DNA of 64,000 nucleotides from an uncultured Gemmatimonadota bacterium (GCA_964627425.1 CAZVIY010000001.1:32128-96127); one strand, 5' to 3'. Numbered from the stretch's first letter, positions 16,893 through 27,358 are shown. Notes: generated from the sequence alone by a model not told the origin. Numbers and translations are program-made.

Positions 16893-18837
16893 CGCCGAAG
16901 ATGATGGCGGCGCCCAGGAGATGGGAGGCCCAGGGCGAGAGGAGACCGTAGGCCGTGGGGATGTCGCCCACCGCCATGCCCACCAGCGCCACGGTGACGG
17001 CGTACGGCAGCTGGGTCCGGACGTGGTCCACGTGGTCGCAGCCCGACGCCATGGAGCTGAGCACGGTGGTGTCGGAGATGGGCGAGCAGTGGTCCCCGAA
17101 GATGGCCCCGGCCAGCACCGAGCTTATGCTCCCGAGCAGCACCGAGTAGCGGGCCCCTCCGTCGAAGTCCACTCCGCCGCCCATGGCCACCACCAGGGGG
17201 ATGACCAGGGGCAGGAGGATCCCCATGGTGCCCCACGACGTCCCGGTGGCGAAGGCGATGCACGCCGCCGTCAGGAAGGTGAGCACGGGGATCAGCTCCA
17301 GGGGCAGCCCCTCGCTCAGGACGCCGGAGAGGTAGGCGGCGGTGCCCAGCGCCTCGGTGACGGCGCTCAGCGACCAGGCCAGCACGAGGATCACCGCCGC
17401 CAGCATCATGGCCTTCAGGCCGCCGAGCCAGGCGTCCACGGCCTCCTGCGGGTCCAGGATCCGCTGCGCCACGGCCAGGCCCATGGCCACCACACATCCC
17501 GCCAGGGAGCCCCAGAGGAGGGCGTCGAAGGGGTTGGCGGCTCCGAAGACGTCCCAGAGGCTCGCACCGGGCCCCGCCGCCCCCCGTCCCTGGAAGTAGA
17601 GCCCGAGGAGCACCACGAAGATCACGGTGAGCACGGGGAGGGCGGCGTTGTACCATCGCCGGGGGGCCCCCTCCTTGGGCGAGATCTCCTCGCTGGAGGT
17701 GTCGGACATGAGCTGCGCGCCCTCCCGATACAGGCCGTCGCCCCGGCTCGCCCGGTTCTCGGCCTCCCACATGGGCCCGAAGTCCCGCTGGGTGGTCACC
17801 ACCAGGAGGACCATGACCAGCGCCAGGATGGGATAGAAGAGATAGGGAATGCTGTGGATGAAGACGGTGAACGGGTTGGCCTCGGTGAGCTGGCGGACGA
17901 CCTCCGCCGGGACGTCGGCCTGGCGGGCGGCGATCTGCAGCCCCTCGCCGATGAGCCCGATCTCGAAGCCCACCCAGGTGGAGACGAACACGATGGCGGC
18001 CACCGGCGCGGCGGTGGAGTCCACCACGTAGGCCAGCTTCTCCCGGGACACCTTCAGCCGGTCCGTGATGGGCCTCATCGTGTTGCCCACGATGAGGGTG
18101 TTGGCGTAATCGTCGAAGAACACGGAGAGGCCGGCCAGGTAGGTGGCGAACTGGGCCCGCCGCGGCGTCGTGGCCAGGGGCCGTACGGCGTCCACGATCC
18201 CCATGGTGCCCCCGCTCCGGCTGATGACGCCCACCATCCCCCCCAGCAGGAGGGAGAAGATCACGATGGAGGCGTGATCCGGGCTGGCAAGCGCCGGCAT
18301 GACGAACCGGTCCACCGCCCGCCAGGTGGCCGCCACGGGGTCCAGGCCCGCGTAGAAGAAGGCACCGAGCCAGACGCCGAAGAAGAGGGAGATCACCACC
18401 TCCCTGAAGATCAGCGCCAGGACGATGGCCAGCAGGGGCGGGAGGAGGCTGAACCACCCCGGGACCGTCGGGGCCTCGAACTCGCCGGCTCGCCCGTCCC
18501 CGACCTCCAGGTGGACCGGCAGGTCACCGGCGCCGGAGAGCTCCACGTCCTCCACGGTCCGGCTCTCGCCGGGCGCCAGGGTGTCCGTCGCCAGCACCCT
18601 CCCGTCGGCGGTGACCAGCCGGACGGGAGCGGGGCTCGCCCCCTCGCCGGCCCGGACGGTGAGGCTCACGGGCACGCCCTCCAGCACGATGCCCGGACCG
18701 TCCAGCTCCACGGCCGGGAGCTCCCCGGCGGGGGCGGGCTCCTGGGCGTGGAGGGCATGGTCCTGCGTGCCGTGGACGGCCAGGGGGAGGAGGGCCACGA
18801 GGGCCACGCCGATCCTGCCGGCCCTGCTGGAATTCAT
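16831..18837 (-). CDS. Na+/H+ antiporter NhaC-family protein with an N-terminal extracytoplasmic extension of about 135 aa
   Basis: ORF 16831..18837, with GGGAGAGGGG SD. A signal peptide is followed by a beta-rich domain, then NhaC-type TM core motifs ([40 protein letters not shown]). Confidence 0.87.
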   Translation of the reverse strand: MNSSRAGRIGVALVALLPLAVHGTQDHALHAQEPAPAGELPAVELDGPGIVLEGVPVSLTVRAGEGASPAPVRLVTADGRVLATDTLAPGESRTVEDVELSGAGDLPVHLEVGDGRAGEFEAPTVPGWFSLLPPLLAIVLALIFREVVISLFFGVWLGAFFYAGLDPVAATWRAVDRFVMPALASPDHASIVIFSLLLGGMVGVISRSGGTMGIVDAVRPLATTPRRAQFATYLAGLSVFFDDYANTLIVGNTMRPITDRLKVSREKLAYVVDSTAAPVAAIVFVSTWVGFEIGLIGEGLQIAARQADVPAEVVRQLTEANPFTVFIHSIPYLFYPILALVMVLLVVTTQRDFGPMWEAENRASRGDGLYREGAQLMSDTSSEEISPKEGAPRRWYNAALPVLTVIFVVLLGLYFQGRGAAGPGASLWDVFGAANPFDALLWGSLAGCVVAMGLAVAQRILDPQEAVDAWLGGLKAMMLAAVILVLAWSLSAVTEALGTAAYLSGVLSEGLPLELIPVLTFLTAACIAFATGTSWGTMGILLPLVIPLVVAMGGGVDFDGGARYSVLLGSISSVLAGAIFGDHCSPISDTTVLSSMASGCDHVDHVRTQLPYAVTVALVGMAVGDIPTAYGLLSPWASHLLGAAIIFGVIWVLGRPDPASPQWSEGRG

Positions 18838-19034
18838 CCGCCCCTCTCCCGATCGATCCCACCGTGCGCCCGGACGATCCGACGGATCGCCGGGGGTGCG
18901 AGCCGGCGGGAAGCTAGAGCCCTTCCCGGGTGGTGTAAAGCAGGGTCCTCCCGAGGGGTCCTCGCCGGGCTGCCGGGGCCGGAGCCCGGCGTTGATCGGT
19001 CCGATCCCCGCCCCTATACTCGACCCGACATCAG

Positions 19035-19655
19035 ATGACGACGAACCGAAGCGACGCGACCACGGAGGAGGGAGGCGGCGACGCGGACCGGACCCGGATC
19101 ATGGACCGGGACGACGTGGACGCCGCCCTGTCCTCCCTCGCCACGGAGATCGCGGGCCAGGATGCCGGCCCCGCGGGCGGCGGGCCCGAGGATCTCGTGC
19201 TGGTGGGCATCCGACGAAGGGGCGTCCAGCTCGCCCGGCGCCTCGCCCTGGCGCTCCGCGACGAGCTCGATCGGGAGGTCCCCACCGGCTCCCTGGACAT
19301 CACGCTCTACCGCGACGATTTCGCCCAGGTAGGCCCGAGGCCGGTCATCGGCCCCACGGAGATCCCGGGAGAGATCACCGGCCGTCGCGTGGTGGTCGTC
19401 GACGACGTGCTCCACACGGGACGGACCGTCCGGGCGGCGCTGGACGAGCTCGCCGACTTCGGACGTCCGCGCAGGATCGAGCTCTGTGTGCTCGTGGACC
19501 GGGGTGGGAGGGAGCTCCCCATCCAGCCGGACTTCGTGGGCCGGACGGTCCGGGTGCCCGCCGGTCGCGAGGTCGCGGTCTCGGTTCCGGAGCTCGACGG
19601 GGAACTGGCCGTGCACACGGTGCCGGTGGGAGAAGGAGACGACGGGGAGGCATGA
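19035..19655 (+). CDS. pyrR: Bifunctional pyrimidine operon regulator / uracil phosphoribosyltransferase PyrR
   Basis: [37 protein letters not shown] (PRPP loop). It is followed by pyrB and pyrC. Confidence 0.92.
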   Translation: MTTNRSDATTEEGGGDADRTRIMDRDDVDAALSSLATEIAGQDAGPAGGGPEDLVLVGIRRRGVQLARRLALALRDELDREVPTGSLDITLYRDDFAQVGPRPVIGPTEIPGEITGRRVVVVDDVLHTGRTVRAALDELADFGRPRRIELCVLVDRGGRELPIQPDFVGRTVRVPAGREVAVSVPELDGELAVHTVPVGEGDDGEA

Positions 19656-20623
19656 CGGGACCACACGAGGAGAGGCCGCTCGGGAAGGACCTGGTGGCTC
19701 TGGAGTCCCTCTCGGGAGAGCAGATCCTCACCGTCCTGGACACCGCCGAGCCGTTCAAGGAGATCAGCGAGCGGCGGATCAAGAAGGTCCCGGTCCTCCG
19801 GGGTCAGACCATCGTGAACCTCTTCTTCGAGCCGTCCACCCGGACCCGCATCTCCTTCGAGTTCGCGGAGAAGCGTCTCAGCGCGGACACCGTGAACGTC
19901 TCGGCCACCGGTTCCTCGGTCCAGAAGGGCGAGACCCTGGTGGACACGGCCCGGAACCTGGAGGCCATGCGCATCAACATGGTGGTGATTCGGCACGGCT
20001 CCTCGGGCGCGGCCCGCTTCCTGGCCGAGCGGATCCCGTCGAACGTCATCAACGCCGGCGACGGTCCCCACGAGCATCCCACCCAGGCCCTGCTGGACCT
20101 CCTGACCCTCCGCGACGAGTTCGGATACCTGGAGGGGCTGAACGTCTGCATCGTGGGGGATATCCTCCACTCCCGGGTGGCCCGGTCCAACATATGGGGG
20201 CTCCTGAAGGTGGGGGCGAACGTGGCGGTCTGCGGCCCGCACACGCTCCTCCCCCGGGGGATCGAGGAGCTGGGGGTCGACGTCCTCCCCCGGGTGGAGG
20301 ACGCCCTCCAGTGGTGCGACGCTCTCTACGTGCTCCGGCTCCAGCTCGAGCGGATGCAGGGTGGGTTCGTTCCCTCCCTCCGGGAGTACAACCGCTACTT
20401 CGGGGTGAACCGCGAGCGGCTCGACGCGGCGGGTCGGGAGATCGTGATCCTCCACCCCGGCCCCATGAACCGCGGGGTCGAGATCGATTCCGACGTGGCC
20501 GACGGCCCCCACAGCCTCATCCTCCCCCAGGTCACCAACGGGGTGGCCGTCCGAATGGCCGTGCTCTATCTGCTGGCTGGCGGCCAGCCCGAGCTGGCAG
20601 AGGCGGCCAAGGAGGGGGCCTGA
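19652..20623 (+). CDS. pyrB: Aspartate carbamoyltransferase catalytic subunit
   Basis: ATG 19652 (ATGA overlap with the pyrR stop) inside ORF 18425..20623. Motifs: [27 protein letters not shown]. Confidence 0.95.
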   Translation: MTGPHEERPLGKDLVALESLSGEQILTVLDTAEPFKEISERRIKKVPVLRGQTIVNLFFEPSTRTRISFEFAEKRLSADTVNVSATGSSVQKGETLVDTARNLEAMRINMVVIRHGSSGAARFLAERIPSNVINAGDGPHEHPTQALLDLLTLRDEFGYLEGLNVCIVGDILHSRVARSNIWGLLKVGANVAVCGPHTLLPRGIEELGVDVLPRVEDALQWCDALYVLRLQLERMQGGFVPSLREYNRYFGVNRERLDAAGREIVILHPGPMNRGVEIDSDVADGPHSLILPQVTNGVAVRMAVLYLLAGGQPELAEAAKEGA

Positions 20624-21948
20624 TGGACGGAGCCGGATCCCACCGCCCGGTCCTGGTGACGGGTGGGCGAATCGTCGATCCCTCCCGGGACCTGGACCAG
20701 GTGGGAGACCTGCTCCTCGCCGACGGCCGGATCCAGGCCTGCGGAGGCCAGGTGACGGGGCCCGAGGGCGCCCAGGTGGTGGAAGCCGGGGGGCTGGTGG
20801 TGGCGCCGGCCTTCACCGACCTCCACGTCCACCTGCGGGAGCCGGGGGGGGAGCACAAGGAGACCATCCGCTCCGGCGCCCGGGCGGCGGCGGCCGGCGG
20901 GTTCGCCGAGGTGTGGGCGATGCCGAACACGGACCCTCCGGTGGACGACCCCGCCGCCGTCGGCTTCGTCGCGGCGGAGGGGGAGCGGGCCGAGGGCGCG
21001 CGGGTCCGGCCGGTGGGGGCGGCCACGCGGGGGCAGGAAGGCGAGCGGATGACCGAGATCGGCGAGCTGGTGGCCGCCGGGGCGGTGGCGGTCTCCGACG
21101 ACGGCCGGCCCGTGTCGAGCTCCCGGCTCATGCGCCGGCTCCTGGAGTACACCCGGTCGTTCGGGATCCCGGTCCTCCAGCACGCCGAGGACCTTGACCT
21201 GGCCGCCGACGGGGTGATGAACGAGGGGACCGTGGCCACCTCCCTCGGGCTCCGGGGCATCCCCGGAGTGGCCGAGTCGGCCATGGTGGCCCGGGACGTC
21301 CAGCTGGCGGAGCTCACACGGGGACACCTCCACGTCTGTCACGTCTCCACGCGGGAATCGGTGGAGCAGATCCGCAGGGCCAGGGAGCGGGGCGTACGGG
21401 TCACCGCCGAGGTGACGCCCCACCATCTGGCGCTCACCGACGAGATGTGTCGGGGATACCGGACCGACGCGAAGGTGAATCCGCCGCTCCGGAGCGCCGA
21501 GGATCGCGACGCGCTCAGGGAGGGGCTGGCCGACGGCACCCTGGACGTGGTGGCCACCGATCACGCGCCCCATCACTACGAGGAGAAGGAGCGGGAGTTC
21601 GACGACGCGCCGTTCGGGCTCGTGGGCCTGGAGACGGCCTTCGCCGTGTGCATGACGGAGCTCGTGGTCCCCGGGATCCTGGACCTGGCGGAGCTCGTGG
21701 AGCGCATGGCCACGGCTCCGGCCCGGATCATGGGCCTGCCCGGAGGCACGCTCCGACCGGGGTCGCCGGCCGACGTGGTGATCTTCGACCCCGAGGAGCG
21801 CTGGAGGGTGGATCCCGACGAGTTCCTCTCGCTGGGTCGGAACACCCCCTTCGCGGGACGCGAGCTCCAGGGACGGATTCACCGTACCTTCGTCGACGGC
21901 TCCTCCACGTACCCGAGCGACCACGAGACCGGCGAGTCAGGCGACTGA
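20623..21948 (+). CDS. pyrC: Dihydroorotase
   Basis: ATG 20623 (TGATG junction with pyrB) inside ORF 19486..21948. Motifs: DLHVHLREPG, VCHVSTRES, VATDHAPH. Confidence 0.92.
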   Translation: MDGAGSHRPVLVTGGRIVDPSRDLDQVGDLLLADGRIQACGGQVTGPEGAQVVEAGGLVVAPAFTDLHVHLREPGGEHKETIRSGARAAAAGGFAEVWAMPNTDPPVDDPAAVGFVAAEGERAEGARVRPVGAATRGQEGERMTEIGELVAAGAVAVSDDGRPVSSSRLMRRLLEYTRSFGIPVLQHAEDLDLAADGVMNEGTVATSLGLRGIPGVAESAMVARDVQLAELTRGHLHVCHVSTRESVEQIRRARERGVRVTAEVTPHHLALTDEMCRGYRTDAKVNPPLRSAEDRDALREGLADGTLDVVATDHAPHHYEEKEREFDDAPFGLVGLETAFAVCMTELVVPGILDLAELVERMATAPARIMGLPGGTLRPGSPADVVIFDPEERWRVDPDEFLSLGRNTPFAGRELQGRIHRTFVDGSSTYPSDHETGESGD

Positions 21949-21973
21949 GACTCCAGCAAGGGACAGAGAACCA

Positions 21974-22939
21974 GTGACCGATCCCATCCCCCCCCAGATC
22001 GACGAGCTCCTGGAGCGCCGGGCCACCTATTCCCAGTGGCTGGACCGGCTGGAGGAGGCGACCGAGGAGGCCCGGCCCGAAGTGGTCCGGCGGATCCGGT
22101 CCGACTACCAGGAGCGGCTGGAGGAGGTGCGGTCCGAGCTCGCCGAGCACCGGCAGGACCTGGCGGAGGAGCTGGATCGGCGGTCCGGCCGGGTGGAGGG
22201 CCTGGAGGCCGACCGCGAGGAGGCCCTGGCCCGTCGTGAGGAGGCGGAGATCCGCCACCGGGTGGGCGAGTACGACGACGAGCGCTGGGAGAGGGAGCGC
22301 GGAGAGCTGGACGCGACGATCCGGGAGCTGGAAGAGGACCTGGAGTCCGAGCGCGGCGCCATCGACCAGCTACGCTCCGCCCTGGAGATCATCGATTCGG
22401 CTCCCGCGCCCCGGGACGAGGCGGCCGAGGAGTCCGGGCAGACCGCCGACGGAGAGGCGGTGGAGGCCGCCGACGAGGGAGGCGAGGGAGGAGCCCTGGC
22501 AGCTTCCGACGGAGAGCCCGGAGAGGATACGCCCCGGGCCGGGGAGCCGGACGGCGGGGAGCGGCCTCCCCTCCGACTGGTGGACGAGGGCGAGGAGGGG
22601 GCCGCCGAGGAGGGGGCCGCCGAAGAGTCGGCCGCCGAAGAGTCGGCCCCCGGTCCCTGCGGAGACGGTCCGAGCGGCGAGGCTCCGGAGGGCCGGGAGG
22701 AGCCGCCGTCGGAGGTGGGGGACGGGCCCGCCGACGGAGAGGCCGACGCCGAGACCCGCGCCTACGACGAGCTGGAGTTCCTCGAGTCCCTGTCGCTGGA
22801 CGACGCCGATCAGTTCGACGCCGTCTCCGCCATGCTGGACGCAGCCGACGAAGGGGAGGAGGAGAACGACGCCGAGGATTCCCCGAGCGAGGGGTCCGGC
22901 GACGGACGGCGGGAGCCCTCCGGCGGGGGTGAGGGCTGA
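21974..22939 (+). CDS. Hypothetical protein: N-terminal coiled coil plus a long acidic low-complexity tail
   Basis: GTG 21974. A heptad-like E/R/L-rich region spans residues 1-135, followed by a D/E/G/A-rich tail. No family recognised. Confidence 0.6.
   Translation: MTDPIPPQIDELLERRATYSQWLDRLEEATEEARPEVVRRIRSDYQERLEEVRSELAEHRQDLAEELDRRSGRVEGLEADREEALARREEAEIRHRVGEYDDERWERERGELDATIRELEEDLESERGAIDQLRSALEIIDSAPAPRDEAAEESGQTADGEAVEAADEGGEGGALAASDGEPGEDTPRAGEPDGGERPPLRLVDEGEEGAAEEGAAEESAAEESAPGPCGDGPSGEAPEGREEPPSEVGDGPADGEADAETRAYDELEFLESLSLDDADQFDAVSAMLDAADEGEEENDAEDSPSEGSGDGRREPSGGGEG
22592..22651 (+). repeat. In-frame 15-bp tandem repeat x4, encoding (EEGAA)2(EESAA)2
   Basis: gaggagggggccgcc occurs twice (22592..22621), then gaagagtcggccgcc and gaagagtcggccccc (22622..22651). 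Read directly from the sequence. Confidence 0.9.
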
Positions 22940-22958
22940 CCGCCCGGGTCGGCCCCCG

Positions 22959-23216
22959 TCAGTCCGAGAGGCTCTCCACGTGCTTGGCGACCCGGGACTT
23001 CCGGCGAGCTGCCTTGTTCTCGTGGATCACGCCCTTGGCGGCAGCCCGGTCCAGGGCGGCGTAGAGCTCGTCCCTGACCTCCCGAGCCTCCCCGGCGGAC
23101 TCCGCCTCCAGGACCTTGCGTTCCAGGGTCCGGATGGCGGATTTGGTGGAGCGATTCCTGGTCCGGCGCTTCTCCTCCTGGCGCAGACGCTTCTTGGCAC
23201 TCTGGGTGGTCGGCAT
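22959..23216 (-). CDS. rpsT: 30S ribosomal protein S20
   Basis: ATG 23216 inside ORF 22959..24146. MPTTQSAKKRLRQEEKRRTRNRSTKSAIRT...GVIHENKAARRKSR. Confidence 0.93.
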   Translation of the reverse strand: MPTTQSAKKRLRQEEKRRTRNRSTKSAIRTLERKVLEAESAGEAREVRDELYAALDRAAAKGVIHENKAARRKSRVAKHVESLSD

Positions 23217-23382
23217 GGACGTATCTCCCTCTCGATCGGAGTGTGACAGGCATGGATGAGGTGTCCGGATCCAGCGGCCGCGGAGCCACGCCCCCGGCCG
23301 GTCCAGTCCTATCCCCCGGCGAGCGTGCGGTTCCCCCCGCCCCGGCCGCCGGGCGCCCCCGCCGGATCGTTCGTCGACGACC

Positions 23383-24255
23383 GTGATCGCACCCACCCGC
23401 ACCCGTCCCCCCGAGGATCGATGGAGGGACGAGCCCCTGGAGGGACTCAGGGAGCCCTTCGTGGTGGAGCTCGACCGGTTCCACGGTCCGCTGGACCTCC
23501 TCCTCCACCTGATCCGGTCGCAGGACATCGAGATCTTCGACATCCCCATCGCCCACATCACGCGACAGTTCCAGGAGGCCCTGGACCGGGGCCTGGATCG
23601 ACTGGAGCTGGACCGGGCCGGCGAGTTCGTGGAGATGGCCTCCACGCTGGTCCGGATCAAGTCCCGCATGCTCCTGCCCCGGAACCGGGACGTGGAGTGG
23701 GACCAGGACCCGCGCTCGGACCTGGTCCGGCGTCTCCTGGAGTACGAACATTTCCAGGAAGTGGCGGGGGTCCTCTCCCGGGCGGAGGCCGACCGCTCGC
23801 GGCACTTCCCCAAGGGATACGTGCCCCCGAGACCGGAGCCGTCCCGCCGTCCCGAAGAGCTGGAGGCGGGCCCGGAGGACTTCCTGGACGCGGCGCTCTC
23901 CGTGCCCGAGATGGAGCCCGAGCCCTCCCACCGGGCGCCGACCCGCCAGATCACCGTCCGGGAGAAGATCGGGGAGGTGCGGGACCTCCTGGTCAGGACC
24001 GCTCGCTTCGTGTACCGGCGCCTCTTCGAGAGCGAGGACGGGGCCCGGATGCACGCCGTCACGGCGCTGCTGGCCTGCCTCGAGATGGCGCGGCAGCAGG
24101 TGATCAGGATCCGGCAGGTGGAAGCCTTCGGGGAGGTCTGGATCAAGCGGGGCCCCGGCTACGGATCCGGCACGGAGGACCCGGAGGACGACCCGGAGGA
24201 CGACGCCCCCGGCGACGTCCCCGGTTCCGACCGGAGGGAGGGGACGGACCGGTGA
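23383..24255 (+). CDS. scpA: Segregation and condensation protein A
   Basis: FHGPLDLLLHLIRSQDIEIFDIPIAHIT and EFVEMASTLVRIKSRMLLP. The start is either GTG 23383 or GTG 23461, which has a GGGAG SD and gives an N-terminus closer to the usual length. Confidence 0.85.
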   Translation: MIAPTRTRPPEDRWRDEPLEGLREPFVVELDRFHGPLDLLLHLIRSQDIEIFDIPIAHITRQFQEALDRGLDRLELDRAGEFVEMASTLVRIKSRMLLPRNRDVEWDQDPRSDLVRRLLEYEHFQEVAGVLSRAEADRSRHFPKGYVPPRPEPSRRPEELEAGPEDFLDAALSVPEMEPEPSHRAPTRQITVREKIGEVRDLLVRTARFVYRRLFESEDGARMHAVTALLACLEMARQQVIRIRQVEAFGEVWIKRGPGYGSGTEDPEDDPEDDAPGDVPGSDRREGTDR

Positions 24256-24917
24256 AGCGGACGCAGATCGTCGAGGCCACCCTCTTCGCCAGTGACGCTC
24301 CGCTCCACTCCTCGGAGATCGCCCGGGCCGATCACGACCTCACCCCCTCCCAGGTGGAGGAGGCCATCGGGACGCTCCGGCGGGAGTACGAGGAGAGCGA
24401 GCGCTCCTTCCAGATCTATCAGCTCGGCGACGGCTACCAGATCCTGACCCGACCGGAGTTCGCCCCCTATCTGGAGCGGTTCGATTCCGTCCCCAAGTCG
24501 CCGACCCTCTCGGAGGCCGCGCTGGAGACCCTGGCCATCGTGGCCTACCGTCAGCCCATCGACCGGATCGAGATCGAGGAGATCCGTGGGGTCGGGAGCA
24601 GCTCGGTCCTGCGCACCCTGCAGGAGTGGGAGCTCATCGACGTGGTGGGCAGGGGAGAGGGACTGGGCCGTCCCCTCCTGTACGGGACCACCGATCACTT
24701 CCTCCAGCACTTCGGGTTCCAGACCCTCGAGGACCTGCCCCGGCCGGAGGAGCTCCCGGTGACCCTCCGGGAGGAGCTCGCCGAGGGGGAGGACGGGGCC
24801 GACGGGACGGCGGACGGCGACGGCGAGGAGGCCGACGGCGACCGGGAGGAGGCGGACCCGTCCGAGGCGGAGGCGGCGGAGGAGGACCCAGGACGCGGGG
24901 ACGGAGGAGAGGAGTGA
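24252..24917 (+). CDS. scpB: Segregation and condensation protein B, with an acidic C-terminal tail
   Basis: GTG 24252 (GTGA overlap with the scpA stop) inside ORF 23256..24917. Motifs: EATLFASDAPL, LSEAALETLAIVAYRQPI, EIRGV, LLYGTTDHFLQHFG. Confidence 0.88.
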   Translation: MKRTQIVEATLFASDAPLHSSEIARADHDLTPSQVEEAIGTLRREYEESERSFQIYQLGDGYQILTRPEFAPYLERFDSVPKSPTLSEAALETLAIVAYRQPIDRIEIEEIRGVGSSSVLRTLQEWELIDVVGRGEGLGRPLLYGTTDHFLQHFGFQTLEDLPRPEELPVTLREELAEGEDGADGTADGDGEEADGDREEADPSEAEAAEEDPGRGDGGEE

Positions 24918-24925
24918 ACCGGGGG

Positions 24926-25672
24926 ATGCGACTGCCCAAGTTCCTCTCCCGGGCCGGGATCGCCTCCCGCCGGGCCTCCGAGGAGATCATCGCCGAGGGG
25001 CGGGTCCGGGTGGACGGGGAGGTCGCGGAGCGTCCGTCGCTGCGGGTGGACCCGGAAGCCTCGGTGGTGAAGGTGGACGGCCGTCGGGTGGAGCTCTCCC
25101 CACCCCTCTGGATCGCCCTGAACAAACCCGTGGAGACGGTGGTGAGCCGCGGCGACCCCCGCGGCCGACGGACCGTCTACGACCTCCTGCCCGACGGGCC
25201 GCCCCAGGAGCTGTTCCACGTCGGACGGCTGGACTACATGAGCGAGGGCCTCCTGCTCCTGACGAACCAGGGCGACGTGGCCCACCGGCTCATGCACCCC
25301 CGCTGGGAGGTGGAGAAGCGGTACGAGGTGGGCGTGGATCCGGCGGCGGACCGGGGACTGGCGCAGCGCCTGCTGGACGGGGTGGAGCTGGACGACGGCC
25401 CGGCCCGGGCCGATGCGGCCAGCCTCCTCCCGCCGGCGGGCTCCGGGCCGGCGATCCTGCTGCTGACCCTCCACGAGGGTCGGAACCGGGAGATCCGTCG
25501 GATGCTGGGGACCCTGGGCGTCACCGTCCATTACCTGCGGCGTCTGGCCTTCGGGCCGGTGGAGCTCGGGGACCTGGCCGGCGGCGGGTGGAGGGAGCTG
25601 AGCGGGGACGAGACGCGGTCCCTTCGACGGCGCGTGGATCTCGCCGGAAGGTCTCGGGAAGCGGAGGAGTAG
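24926..25672 (+). CDS. rluB: Pseudouridine synthase, RsuA/RluB family
   Basis: ATG 24926 inside ORF 24626..25672. S4 domain MRLPKFLSRAGIASRR, catalytic HVGRLDYMSEGLLLLTNQGD, and EGRNREIRRM. Confidence 0.88.
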   Translation: MRLPKFLSRAGIASRRASEEIIAEGRVRVDGEVAERPSLRVDPEASVVKVDGRRVELSPPLWIALNKPVETVVSRGDPRGRRTVYDLLPDGPPQELFHVGRLDYMSEGLLLLTNQGDVAHRLMHPRWEVEKRYEVGVDPAADRGLAQRLLDGVELDDGPARADAASLLPPAGSGPAILLLTLHEGRNREIRRMLGTLGVTVHYLRRLAFGPVELGDLAGGGWRELSGDETRSLRRRVDLAGRSREAEE

Positions 25673-25675
25673 GCG

Positions 25676-27337
25676 ATGGACATTCGAGGAAGGAGCGTTC
25701 TGTTGCTGGGAGGGACGGGGCTGGTGGGTACGGCCGTGGCCCGCCGCCTCCTGGAGGCCGCGCCCTCCCGCATCGTCGTGGGGGGGCTCCACCGCGAGGA
25801 GGCCGAGGAGACCGTGCGGGAGCTTTCCCGGGAGCCGGGCGCCGACGACGTGGAGCTGGTGCCCGAATGGGGAGACGTCTTCCTCCCCGAGAGCCGCCGC
25901 GGCGAGTCGCGGCGCGAGCTCCTGTCCGACGAGGACGGCCGGTCCGAGCTCCTGGATCAGATCTTCGGCCGTCTGGGGGAAGGGGACTACTCGGACTCGG
26001 CCCTCGTCTCCCTGCTGGAGCGTCACCAGCCCGACATCATCGTGGACGGGATCAACACCGCCACCGCCATCGCCTACCAGGACCTCTTCGCTTCGGCCGA
26101 GGAGCTCCGCCGCACGGCCCGCCGGGAGGGCGGTGCCACCACGGCCCAGGTCGAGGCGCACCTGTCCACGCTGTACCTGCCCCAGCTCATCCGACACGTG
26201 CAGCTCCTCCTGGAGGGCCTCCGGAGGGCCGGCACGTCGGTCTACGTCAAGGTCGGCACCTCGGGCACCGGGGGCATGGGGCTGAACATCCCCTTCACCC
26301 ATTCCGAGGAGCGGCCGTCGTGGACCCTCCTGGCCAAGGCGAGCATCGCCGGGGCCCATTCGCTCCTCCTCTACCTCATGGCGCGCACCCCCGACGCACC
26401 CACGGTGAAGGAGGTGAAGCCCACCGCGGCCATCGGTTGGAAGGAGATCACCTACGGCACGGTGGATCGGGGCGGGGAGCCCATGGCACGGTTCGACAGC
26501 ACCGCGCCCCTGCCGCTGGACGAAGCCCTCGCCGGCGGGGACGACGACGCCTGGCAGCGCACGGACGATCCCGTGCGCTCGGTCTACCTGGACGCAGGGG
26601 AGAACGGCCTGTTCAGCCTCGGCGAGTTCGAGGCCATCAGCTCCCTCGGGATGATGGAGCTGGTGACCCCCGAGGAGATCGCCGAGGTGGTGGTGGACGA
26701 GATCGAGGGTCGGCCGACGGGGAAGGAGGTGGTGGCGAGCCTGGACGCCGCCGGCATCGGCCCCAGCTACCGGGGCGGGAGCATGCGGGAGGCCGCGCTC
26801 CAGCGTATGGAGGAGCTGGAGCGGCGCCACGACGTCCATTCCGTGGCCTTCGAGATGCTGGGTCCTCCGAGGCTCAGCAAGCTCCTGTTCGAGGCCCACA
26901 TCCTCGGCCGCCTCCATCGCGACGTCGAGGAGGCGTCGGAGCTGGACGAGACCGCAGCGGCTCGGGAGGCGAGGGAGCTCGTCGAGGCGGACGCGAGGCT
27001 CCGATCGGACATCCTCTCCATCGGGATCCCCATCCTCTTTCCCGACGGCCGCCGGATGCTCCGGGGACCCGAGCTGAAGGTCCGCCCCCCCGACGGGACC
27101 GATCCCACCGATGGACGCTGGGCCGCCCAGGGGTGGGTCGATCTGCGCTCGGAGAACTGGGTCCGATGGCGGGAAAGGTGCCGCCGGTTCCTCCACCGGG
27201 TCGTGGACCCGCCGGGGGCCGAGGTCGGCTCCCGGCACGATCTCGACGTGCGGGCCCGGAGCGGGGAGATCCGTCCGGGGGTCCTGGCGGCGTGGGTGTT
27301 CCGGGTGGAGGACGAGGGCGCCCGGGAGAAGCGCTGA
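25676..27337 (+). CDS. Uncharacterised 553-aa protein with an N-terminal NAD(P)-binding Rossmann motif
   Basis: ATG 25676 lies 4 nt after the rluB stop, with a GGAGGAG SD. VLLLGGTGLVGTAVARRL is a GxxGxxG motif. The remainder (VDGINTATAIAYQD, VKVGTSGTGGMGLNIPFTHSE) is coding-like, but I cannot assign a family. Confidence 0.7.
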   Translation: MDIRGRSVLLLGGTGLVGTAVARRLLEAAPSRIVVGGLHREEAEETVRELSREPGADDVELVPEWGDVFLPESRRGESRRELLSDEDGRSELLDQIFGRLGEGDYSDSALVSLLERHQPDIIVDGINTATAIAYQDLFASAEELRRTARREGGATTAQVEAHLSTLYLPQLIRHVQLLLEGLRRAGTSVYVKVGTSGTGGMGLNIPFTHSEERPSWTLLAKASIAGAHSLLLYLMARTPDAPTVKEVKPTAAIGWKEITYGTVDRGGEPMARFDSTAPLPLDEALAGGDDDAWQRTDDPVRSVYLDAGENGLFSLGEFEAISSLGMMELVTPEEIAEVVVDEIEGRPTGKEVVASLDAAGIGPSYRGGSMREAALQRMEELERRHDVHSVAFEMLGPPRLSKLLFEAHILGRLHRDVEEASELDETAAAREARELVEADARLRSDILSIGIPILFPDGRRMLRGPELKVRPPDGTDPTDGRWAAQGWVDLRSENWVRWRERCRRFLHRVVDPPGAEVGSRHDLDVRARSGEIRPGVLAAWVFRVEDEGAREKR

Positions 27338-27358
27338 CGGGAGGGCGGGGAGGCGCCC

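Noticed and set aside
18940-18995. Possible PyrR-binding attenuator upstream of pyrR (GGGTCCTC direct repeat, GTCCTCCCGAGGGG, and an 8-bp hairpin GCCGGGCT/AGCCCGGC)
   Set aside because: It does not match the UCCAGAGAGG core of known PyrR binding loops. No terminator/antiterminator pair with a U-tract is present. A TATACT -10-like box lies only about 17 nt before the ATG, so this segment may not be transcribed with pyrR.
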